Assembly: GCA_003971905.1 (NCBI GenBank)
Contig: RSEE01000026.1
Location: 434,001-498,000 of the forward strand
Origin: Moniliella sp. 'wahieum'
Lineage: Eukaryota
Reading direction: 5' to 3'
DNA length: 64,000 nucleotides
The position numbers were made by a program, and so were the translations under genes. The stretch's first letter is position 1; each line of letters begins with the position of its first letter. The notes under the pieces were generated by a model, which was given only the letters and a program-made list of their open reading frames with translations, did not search any database and had not been told where the DNA came from. Positions 1 to 10,266 of this stretch are shown in pieces.

Positions 1-563
1 GGTAGGTCAGCTGCTTGGTAATACCGAATGTCAAGGTGAATTGTGCTTTGGAGAGGCGAGGGCCACTTAACCCCCTCTAGTGGGCCACTATCTTGGCGCC
101 CCAACTCACTGTGTTTTCTGTTGGCAAGCTGAGAGAGTCTTCGAAACGCTAAGCTAAGCTGAACTACGCTAAGCTACGTTGATCCAACTGAGATGGAGCG
201 AATTAGATGGAGGATAGATTGCAAGATCCCATTGCTCCCATCAAATGATGCATCATGCAAGGCAAGAGGAAAAGGGACCGGGCTGCAAAGAAAGACAATG
301 AGACCGGATCACCAGCACTCGCACCGCACAAGAAAACTAGAAAAAAAACGTCGATGCGAGTGCCAAGATGAGGTATCCTTGGGAGAAGAGAAAAGAGCAG
401 AAAGGAAAGAGCACAAGACCAGCTTGCCGATCCTCTGGCCCGGGTGGCAGGGCAAAACCCGGCGGGCCAGGGGCAAGACGTTATAGGAACGGGAATTGGA
501 AAGGGAATTGGAATGGAAATCGGAACGAACGGACGCGCCAACAGAGAGATGGAACGTTAGGCG

Positions 564-1824
564 TTAGGCATCAAAACCCCATTTGACCGAGGCCGACGAG
601 GTGACAATCTTATTGTACTCCGACCCAACCGCAATAAAGTTCTCCGTCGTGTCGGGGACCCACTCGACCACCTGCGCCTTGGTCTTCTTGCCGTCGTCCG
701 TGACGATGGTGATCCACTTGCCACACGAGTCTTGCAACTTCTCATTCGGGTACGCCTTGGAGGGTCCAATGGCGACCGTGATGGTATCCTTGGGCGTCTG
801 GATCCCAGGGCACCACTCGGGATCAATCACGTCCCACCACTCGAGCGTGGCATTGTACGTAGCCACCGTCTTGGCCGCGTCCGAAGCCTTGGCGGAGGCA
901 GAGGCGGAAACTGACGAAGCAACGTGCGCAACCTTGTTCTCCACTTGCTTGGCTGCCGAAGACGATGCCGATTCCGACGCCGACGCGGACGACTTGGCCT
1001 GCGCCGAGCTGCTAGGACCGCAGGGGAAGGCGTACCGTCATCAAAGGACCATTCGACGTTGAAGATGCCCAGCACGTGTTCGGCCAGCTTGCCAAACAGG
1101 CCGTACGTCAGGTCAATGTCGCAGGCGTTGAGGCAGGTCTGGGTCGAAGCTGCCAGACGGAGCAAGCGAAGCGGTGTCAGTACGAGAGTTGGATGCGCCG
1201 CTATCCACGGGCAAGGTAGTCAGATAGTGAGGCAGTATACGTACGCGACTCGGGGCACTCGTCCATGATGCGCGCCTTTTGGCTGCCGAGAATACCCTTG
1301 ATGGTGATGGTCTTGGAGCAGAGCTTCGCGCGCTGATGCCCTGCTTGGCAAAGTAGTCGTAGCCAGGCGTGGCAAGAGCGACACCCATCTGAATTAAACA
1401 AACGGCACCACCACCACAAATCGCACAACAGGAGAGTCAGCAACCGTGTATCTCACGGTCCAGGACGGGAGCCACGGTGGTCGGTGCACTGGACCCAGGT
1501 CCTGGGCACCACAAATGAGCAAACGAGATGGAGAGGGGAGAGAATACGAACCGTGTTGTCGTTCATGAGCGTGCCGCAGCTGCCAACAGGGCTAGGGCCC
1601 TCGCTGGCAGGGTGGTAGAAGGTGGCCTGGCCCTGGATGCCACGGGCAGCGACCTGGGCGGAAAGGGTGGCGTTGTTGGCAATGTACTCATGGCGGCCCG
1701 GGCGGGGGGTGGGGTACGGCGCTGGTAGTGGCCGCCAACAGCACGGCGCTGGGGCGCGTGGTGGCCAGCGCGCACTGGACGCGGTGAGCGCGAGCAGGAG
1801 CGAGGTAAGGAGAGTGGACTTCAT
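564..1824 (-). CDS. Secreted RlpA-like/expansin-related protein with two double-psi beta-barrel (DPBB) domains; multi-exon, frameshifted
   Basis: Signal peptide MKSTLLTSLLLALTASSA from ATG at 1824. Domain 1: GQATFYHP..GSCG / LCSKTITI..ARIMDECP / DIDLTYGLFGKLA..GIFNVEWSF. Ala/Ser linker. Domain 2: CGKWITIV..KAQVVEWVP..VKWGF, stop at 564. GT..AG introns near 1390-1550 and 1202-1245. Confidence 0.75.
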
Positions 1825-3199
1825 GGCGAGTAGAGAGCGTGGAGTGGAGGTGCAGGGATGGTGGTGCAGGGGGCAGAGGACACACGATCCGGCGCGTGAC
1901 GCTACGGGCGGCGGGGAGGAGCGAGGTGGGGGTGTGTGGGGGGAGGAGGAGCGGGAGGGCTCTGCTGGTTCGGGGGTTAAAGCCCAAGGAGCCCACGGGC
2001 GAGCGGGTTGGGCTGGGGCGGGGTGTGCTGCTGCGGGCGCGCGCGGAGGGTGGATTTGACTGGGGCAGGCGACGCTGGCCAGGTGCCCGAGGGGCGGGCG
2101 GGGGCACGACAGCACACGGCGGCCGCGCACTGTCGCCGTACGAGGTACGCATGGTGGCCAGGGGGCCAGTGCGCGCCTCGGCGGCAGGTGCGCAGTGTGG
2201 TGTGGCGCCGCCTGCCAATCGGGCGGGTTGGTGCTGCCCACGCAGCTCCAGCCAGCAGGCCAGCCTGAGCCAGCAGGAGCCCTGCATCTGCATCAGCGCT
2301 CAGCCGCGCGAGCGCGGCCGGCTGCACACTGCCCGTGCCATCTGAGCCCGGCTGCTGTGCGCGGCCGGCACCGGCCGCCGGCGCGTCACCGGTTCCTCGC
2401 CCCTAGTCACCAGTCGGCCACTCTTGCCTGCTGCAGCAGGCCGACATGCGACATGCGAGGCGGCGCCTGCCTGGGGCCGCGGCTGTGGCCTGGTGCGAGG
2501 CTTCTAGGAACTCTCTGCCGTGGCGCCGAGCGCTGTTCGATCAGTACGTGCAGCAGTGGCCAGTGGCCATGCATACAAAGGGGAACGAATAAAGTTCTGC
2601 AGGCGTTCTGCAGCCGCCGCTGGCGGTGGCAGGCGCCGGCATGCGGGCCGTGTCAACGGCCGATCGGCGCTGGATCGGCGCGTCGAGGCACCTGGGCGCT
2701 GTGCGGGACGGAGCATGGCCGAAGCACACTGGGCAGGCGCCCCGTGGCAGTGTAGACTTGGGCTTGCCTGCGGCGCGCTGCCAACGTGCTCCGTGGCTGC
2801 TCGCGCACGGCCGCAGCACGCCGCAGCAGCCATGGCGAGGCTGGGCTGCAGAGTGCGGCCTAGTGCGCCTGCACATGGCAGGCTTGGTGCGTTGGGCTGC
2901 ATGCCTGGCCACGCACTGGCCAAGCCTCCCCTGGGCACGACGCTGGCACGACTGTGGGCACGACTGGGTGAGATCGAGGGTGGGCTGCCTTCAATGTAGC
3001 GCATCTGAGATCTGACGCTATCTAAGGTCTAACCTGCCACTCTGCTGCCATGGTGCTTGCCCCATTCCAAGCGGAGCTCAGGCGCTCCTCGGCTCTGTGT
3101 TGGTCATTTGGACCTCTCTTGTATTGCACCAGAAGCTGCTATTGACAGGCCCTGTACAAGCGCGCCACACGCACGTACCCGTCCACGCGCGTCCGCCCC

Positions 3200-3410
3200 T
3201 GTCACAGGCCTAGCTAGCGATGCTGGCGATGGTCGATGGAGATGGCATTCAAGAGCTAAGGAGAGCTAGAGCTATGGGCCTTGATAGGCTCCTGGCCTGG
3301 AGGCCAGTGGAAACCCGTGGAAGGGTCGGAACTCACTGCCCCGGTGCACTGTGTGGATCGGGCCACGTGTCACTGAAGGCCGATGGGCTCTAGACCACTG
3401 GTGGTCAACA
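3200..3410 (-). repeat. 3' LTR of copia element
   Basis: tgtcacaggcc...gtggtcaaca, identical by eye to 8226-8436; preceded on the minus strand by a PPT-like GGCCAGCGGGGG (3411-3422). Confidence 0.97.
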
Positions 3411-6400
3411 CCCCCGCTGGCCAGAGGTCTCAGTGGCACGATGGAAGGTTGTAACGTCCTCAAGTTGAGGCGAGGCAAGTTGGCCAGGAGTGAGACCTTA
3501 GTGGCTGGTTTGGTGAGGATGTCGGCCGGGTTCTCGTTTCCAGCAATGTGCGCGATTTTGACTTCGCCCGAGTCGACATGCTGGCGTACGTTGTGGTACC
3601 GGATGTTCAGCTCACGTAGTTTGCCCGTGCTGCCCACTTTTTCGGCCAAGGCAAGTGCCGCCATGTTGTCGCAGTACCAGTGTATGGGCTCGTCTGAGGT
3701 GATGGCACCGAGCTCCAGTAAGATGTTTTTAACGTAGTTCGCATCAATAGGCCCTCATATCCCGCCGTATATTCGGCCGCAGCAGTGTTGGTGACGCTCT
3801 TGGTTGACGCACGCTCCTCCAGGACACTGGAACCCCGTAGACGAAAAGCAGGCATCCCGACGTGGAACGCCATTGGTCAGGGTCTCCAGCCATCGGCATC
3901 CGTGTATAAGCGCGAGAGCGGTGCGTCAGGCTCGGTGTTAGTCGGAGACCGTAGCCCTTGGTACCGTAGAGGTAGCGGAGGAAGTTTGTTGCCGCAGCGC
4001 GGTGGGCCTTGGAGGGATCGGCAGTTGCTCGGCTTAGAGCTGAGATGCCGAACAGCGCATCAGGGCGGCCATGCGGGCAGCCCACAGCCCAATCCTACTT
4101 TGGCTTGGTAGTCGCGTCTCTCGCGGCAGTGCGGGCGGTTCGGGGTCGGTGCGCGCGGGGATCATCTTGCTGGGGTGGGGGAGGCCATAACCAGGGTGGC
4201 GGAACCTCATGTTTGGCAATGGATTCCTCAATGAATTTTGGCTGGCTAAGGTACAGTTTCCCGTTTATGGTGTCGTACTGGCAGCCAAGATGGTAGTGTA
4301 GGGGGCCGTTTCCCCACCTCGATATGGGTGTTGATCTCAGTGAGGAAGGAATCGTAGCGTGCGTGAGACGTCAGGCGATGAGAAGATCGTCGGTGTGCAC
4401 GGCAAGGAGGACCGTGTCGCCTTTACGGGGTCGGATGAACAAGCACGGCTCAGCCAGAGATTGTACAAAACCCATGTCTCCGCGGAGCAAGTCACGGATG
4501 AATACCGCCCAGTTTGCGCCGGATTGGTGGAGGCCATATAGGCTTTTCCGGAGACGCCAGACCTTGCCTTTTTCCTCGGGAAAGAATGGGGGTGGGCGGA
4601 GGTACACTTTTCCGTGAGGGGAGCGTTCAAATAGGCAGAGTGCACATCAGCAGTGAAGAGGTGGAGGCCGAACTTTCCAGCAAGGGCGATAAGGCTGAGG
4701 ATGGCAGGAGTGGCGCACGGCAGGGGCGAATGTTTGTCCCCATGTGTCAGCATCCTGCTGGTGGCCCCCGGCAACGGACGGGCTCGGTAGCGTAGGAAAT
4801 TTCCGTCCGCGTCCGTTTTGGTGTTGATGCGCCACAACCAATCAGCAGCTGCGCGTCTGGAGGGGTGACGACTTCGAATGTGCCGTAGCGGGCTAGGGTT
4901 CGATTTCCGTGCGCATCGCTCCAGCACTGGTTCGAATGAGGGGTGTGATTGGAGGCCCTTCATTGTCTTGGGTGCAACAGGTACTCCGTCCTTGGTGAGC
5001 TGGATGCGCTCGTGCGGCCCTGGCTCGCTAAGGGCGATCATCGCCTTGTATTCAGGTGGATGGAGACCGTCCTGTTGACCGGGCAGGGCAGTGTCGGGCA
5101 GTGGAAGCGTAGGCCGACGCAGACTACGACTACGTCAGGGAGGGAACCGGCAGCGCGCAGCGTGTGTGGAAGTCACCATCATGAGGGTCGTCCGCTACGG
5201 GGAGCTGTGCCCAGTCAAGGTCAAAACGGCGCTGGTGGGTCCGGGCGGGGTACCGTCTGGTGGGGGGGTGGTTGGATGGGTGTCGTTTTGTCTTGCGATG
5301 GTCGCGTCAGTATCAGTGTTGATTCTCGGTGGTGTGTTGGGATTTGCAACTTCAATTTTGTTCATTTTTTCTTCTCCCTTTTTGGTTTCAGTGTCAGTCA
5401 TAGTTCTGTCAGGCAGGGGTTGAGCGGGGAAGCGAGATACGTCAGGCGGAAAGCGGTCGGGGAAAACCTCGTGGTATTGGCGCTGGGTCCACTTGTATGG
5501 TTTTGCCCATTGGGATCGGAACGTGCCCATGGACGGGTCGTACACAGCCCAGCGCCAACCCTTTGTACCTCGACCTGCGTCGTACCCGACGAGCATGGCT
5601 TCGACAGCCCGCGGACTGAGCTTATGGTCACGTTGGTCCTGGGCCAGGTGAAGGTACGCCAAGGATCCGAAGGCGTGCATTGGCAGCGGTGGGGGTGACC
5701 CCTTGTACAGCTCAGCCCGAGATTGTGTGCCCTGGCGTGGAGATGTCGGTGGCATGAGGTTGTGCGTCCAGCACCCTGCCAGCAAGGCATCCTGCCACCA
5801 GTTTGATGTCGGGAGGCCCGAGGCGATGATGAGTTGGCGCGCGCGTGTGGTGATTGCCTGGATGGCTCGCTCGGCCACCCCATTTGATTGACTTTGGCCT
5901 GGTATGGTGGTTTCCGTCGTGATACCTTCGGATTCAAGGAACGGACGGAGTGCGCTGGTGAGCTCGGGGGCATTGTCTGTCTTCAAGATGCGAAGCAGAC
6001 GGTCCTTTCCGATGCGTTGCTCGCGGGTGATGAGTTTTTTCAGCTCCGCCGTGGCTTGTCCTTTCGTCTTTAGGGGAACAGCGAAGGTGTAACGGCTCCA
6101 GTCATCAACCGCGACCAGGGCGTATCCATGTCCCATGCCAGTGATGCGAGGGAGGTCGACTACGTCGGCGTGCAGTACTTCGAAAGGACGTTCCGAAATG
6201 CGGCGGCCGTGGCGCGAAGGGTGGCTGGGCGCTTTGGCCAGAGCTTTTGTGCAGGTGGGACAATGCCAGAAGGGGCGGATGCGTCGGATTTGGGCAGGGC
6301 TGACGCGGAGGCTCGCTCGCGCGTTGGCGGTTAGTGTCGGGAGTAGGTCTAGCGCGGCGTGGTTGTACTGTTGGTGAACGTACATGACGTGCTCGATGGT

Positions 6401-6847
6401 GTTGGCTGCGGTGTGTTGGGTGGCGACGGCAGCTTTGGCCGCGTGTTCGTTTGTGGGTGTCGGTTTCGGGACGATGTTCAGCTTGTATGAGGAATCCGCG
6501 ATTTGGTGATATTTGCCATGCTTGTCATTTAACCAGATACCTTTTCGGTGGGGGGCGAACCAGGATGCGTGGCCTGCGTCACTTATTTGCGCTACGCTCG
6601 TGAGATTGCTTGCTATGCCGGGGACGTATAGACTGCCGGGTAGGTCTACATGGATACATTTGCCGTCGGTACACTTGATACCGATGCTACATGTTCCGCG
6701 TCCACTGGCTTTAATATGTTTTCCATCAGCGATTTCGATTGAGCGGTTGCTGGGCTTGAGGGTTTTGAATACCCTGAGATCCTTCCAGATGCTAGGATCC
6801 GCGCCCGAGTCGTGACGAGACTGGATGTCCTGGTTGCCCGCGAGTTC
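3272..6847 (-). CDS. pol: Copia Pol: protease, integrase, reverse transcriptase, RNase H (several frameshifts downstream of the integrase)
   Basis: PR HDSGA..LYVPG..SNL. IN HHCC (HQQYNH..CPTC), HADV, LKTDNAPE, SNGVAER, MLVGY. RT ADVHSAYLNA, LRKSLYGLHQSG, VHTDD. RH YCDN, IRYH..ENPADILTK. Confidence 0.93.
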
Positions 6848-8078
6848 CTATTTGTCAGATAGGGCAAGGTCCACAGACAGGGTCTCCCCTTCGGAGACGT
6901 CGTCTTCGGTGGCAATGTGCGCTCGCGCGGAGCTGTTGCGGTGCCATTTGTTGTTCGAAGGAACCCCGGTGTGGCCGGACGGCTTTCTCGCAAGAGCACC
7001 CCCGCTACGGGGAGATGCACCGGCAGGAGGACCCCCGCTATGCTGCTGGGATCCCGCGCTGTCGTGTTTGCCAGCGCCCGAGTTGGCGGTCCGGGGGTGA
7101 CGGCCCCGGTACGGAATTCTGTACTCTGGGTCCGCTGGGATTCTCTCCACGTCTTGCATTGTCTCCGCCAGAGTCATGCTCTAGGCGGCGACGGTCACCA
7201 GGGTCGCGGAGGGCCCCGACGAGGATACGGCGGAATTGCTCGTCCGACATCGGTGTGGTTGCGCTGATCCGGTTGCGGAGCGTCCCCATTTCAGATAGGA
7301 ACTCGCTCCCGCTGCGCCGGTTTTGGTAGCAGTGGTGAAAGCGACTGGACAATTCATGATACGTCTTGCAGTCGACCGTACCGTATTTGTTTCGCAGGGC
7401 ACGGAGCAAGTCAGCTGACGTGTCAACGTTGTCCTGTGCAATAATGGCAGATTGAACGTCGTTCGGGAGGTGGGACCACAGAAGGTTCTGGAGGCGTAGA
7501 TCGAGGGACGAGTCGTAGTGTGTGTGACGATGGACCGGAGCGAACGATGTCCTTCGCGGCGGGGTGGATGCGGTCCAGGATGTTGAGGATGGAGGGCTCC
7601 CAGAGCACATATTCGGTGGGGTCGCGGAAGCGTCCTTGCGCGTCGCGTTGGTACGCTCGATCTCTTTTGACGCGCGTTTCTCAGCGTGGCGAAGCTCGGC
7701 CATGTCCTCACTCGCGGATGCAAGGGCCTCACGGGTGTTTTGCGGCTTCGTGAATTCAACGGCCAATACATATTTCTCCAACGCGAGGGTGAGCGTGTAG
7801 ATCCAATTTTCCTTTCCGCCCGGTGTTTTCTTGCTCTTCGGTCCATACGCCGCCGTGTGTGCATCCGTAGCGAACGAGCGGCATGTGGAGCGGAGATTGT
7901 CAGCGCTGGTGGGCTTGAACGCGCGGGTGCTTGCGAGGAGGTTGTCTCTGACGTCGGTGAGGGCCTGTTGCCAGGTCGGGTCGGAGACAGGGGTGGTGGT
8001 CGGTTCGTCGATGTCCTGCGCCTCTTCGATGACAGAGACTTCGGGAGGAGGGGTGTTTTCTTCCAGTTCGGGGGGCAT
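6848..8078 (-). CDS. gag: Copia Gag (frameshifted), ending at an in-frame TAG
   Basis: MPPELEEN... start at 8078; gag-like helices LQNLLWSHLPNDVQSAI..ADLLRALRNKYG; C-terminus ARAHIATEDD..LALSDK* at 6848-6850. No CCHC knuckle seen. Confidence 0.75.
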
Positions 8079-8211
8079 GGTGGCTGATTTTTCCTTTGTT
8101 TTTTTTTGAATTGGTTGGTGTGTGGTGCCGATGGTGGCGTTGGGGTGGTGGTGGTGACGGTGGGCGCCGATGGTGGTGCTGAGTATTGATCCTTTGCGCC
8201 AGTGGGGTGCT

Positions 8212-8225
8212 TCAGATTGTAGCTC
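8212..8225 (-). promoter_or_regulatory. Putative primer-binding site complementary to an anticodon arm (half-tRNA priming, anticodon GTA = Tyr)
   Basis: GAGCTACAATCTGA directly abuts the 5' LTR, with no TGG start. The complement reads TCAGA-TT[GTA]GC-TC: a 5-nt stem, a 7-nt loop and two 3'-stem bases. Confidence 0.55.
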
Positions 8226-8436
8226 TGTCACAGGCCTAGCTAGCGATGCTGGCGATGGTCGATGGAGATGGCATTCAAGAGCTAAGGAGAGCTAGAGCTA
8301 TGGGCCTTGATAGGCTCCTGGCCTGGAGGCCAGTGGAAACCCGTGGAAGGGTCGGAACTCACTGCCCCGGTGCACTGTGTGGATCGGGCCACGTGTCACT
8401 GAAGGCCGATGGGCTCTAGACCACTGGTGGTCAACA
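8226..8436 (-). repeat. 5' LTR of copia element
   Basis: 211-bp direct repeat of 3200-3410 with TG..CA termini. Confidence 0.97.
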
Positions 8437-9197
8437 GCCCCCAGTAGAACGACAGAAGCACTCTGCAAGCCCTCGCATGCCGCACTGGATCAACCGAAGA
8501 AGCTCGCCCATACCCTCATGCCCCGCACCCACAAGGCTGCAAGCTTCAAGCTTGTCAAACTAAGTTCACCCATTTTTCCACCTTTCTGCCGTTCCGTCCG
8601 AACAGCCCGCGGTAATCGGCGTAATCGCAGTCGATCAACAGGATTAGGGGGGTCTGAGCTGAGCTTATCCAATAAATCGCCGACTCACAATCCCTCGTAT
8701 TAGGAGTGTCCGCATTCATCAAGCACTTTCCGTTGCTGCGTCAATCGTTAAAATCAACAGTACACATTGTTTTCATGTTCTCCTCCAGCCGACCTTCCTC
8801 TATAGGCGACTGGTAGCAGAAGCCCATCGAAAAAATGACATATCGCACGACCACATATCCGAATTCATTCACGTTGCCTCTCTGGCTTGGAAACGAAAGG
8901 CAGAACTGCTACAATGCCATACCCCCCCTCCCACAACCAGTACACACGGAAGAGACAATCATATTGGCAAAATAGAGTCGTAATCGTTGATGGCGTTTAC
9001 AGTTTATTGGCACAACAGTCAACATTCAAAGTAGAGAGGGGAGTAAACAAAATGCCAGAGAGAGCCAACGGGTGCCAGTGGGATTACAGCCACTGAGGCT
9101 CCAGATGGTGGCCGGACAGCTCGATTATGCTGGGAGAGGGGAAAGAGAACCCGCCCAAAAATGAGGGGTATACACCCACCGAGAGCCGCGGATCCGA

Positions 9198-10266
9198 TTA
9201 AGCGGCAGCAACGGCGGGCTGGGCGGCCTCTTGGATGGCCACCGAGGGTCGGTGGACTTTCTTAGACTTCTTATCTTTCTTGGGCTCCGGCGGGAGCGCC
9301 TCTTCCCATGCGCGGGCCACCACATTGGTCACGGTGCGCTGGGTCGAGCGCGCTTCGTCCTCAGCGGCGGCAAGCGTCGCGTCGTACTCGGCTTGGCCCA
9401 GAATCTTAACGAGCTGTTGAGCGTTACGCTTGACCCAGTACGCGGGCGGGAGGAGACGGACGTAGGATTCCTTGTCGGCTACCATGGCGCGAATCCGGAT
9501 GGACGGAGCATCGCCTTCGCGATGCACGTCAACCTCTTTCGTGCCCGGTGGACCACATTGGTGCACTGGGCGTGCAAGCGTGCCAGACCAGGCTGGAGGC
9601 ACATCAAGAGGTAAACATCGTTTCCAACGGCTCTTCGGCATCGAGCAAGACGGTAGCCGCATGCTCCTCCGACTGCTCCACCCGCACATGCCAAATGTCC
9701 GCTGAGGCCATCCCGTACGAGGGCGCATGACGACGGTGCTGGACGCGGTGGTGACGATGACCCTTGGCGGCCTCTTCGGCCGCACGGTCTTCCTCCGTCT
9801 TGCCGATCGGATAAAATCAATCCACTTGCGCGGCATGTGGATGTACATGTACCCATCCTCTGTATCCGCCGACGAAGGCGCAGGCTTACGCAGCGCAAAT
9901 AGTTCCGTACGCAAATGGTCCGCTTGCGTCCAGTGCTGGTCCTCTAGCTTCTGCCGTTGCTCCATCACCCACGGCTTGGCACGCTCCCACGCCTCGCGCG
10001 TCCATAGCTTGGACGTCACGTGCGGCAGACGGACCTGCTCGGCCGTGGCAGCAGCACAGGCTCGGCCGACTGGAACAGAACACCTCCGGCCTAACGCCCA
10101 ACGTACAAAAATGCGTTAGTATAGTCCAACTGGAGAATTTCTCCTTCCGCCTAGTAAAACAGAGGATGGCCGGGTTGGGAACAAACGGAACAAAACGCAC
10201 CTGCTTCAAAGTCGTTGCCGACTCGTCCTGCGCGGCTTGGGCGTTCTGGTGGCTCTTCTTTCCCAT
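9198..10266 (-). CDS. Hypothetical protein (2 exons, frameshifted)
   Basis: MGKKSHQ start at 10266; intron 10091-10200 (GTGCGT..CTAAC..TAG); long protein-like second exon ending in KKDKKSKK. No family recognised. Confidence 0.5.

Larger units (their letters stand above)
3200..8436 (-). mobile_element. Full-length Ty1/copia LTR retrotransposon
   Basis: Two identical 211-bp TG...CA LTRs; 5-bp TSD GCCCC at 3195-3199 and 8437-8441; minus-strand domain order gag-PR-IN-RT-RNaseH. Confidence 0.97.
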
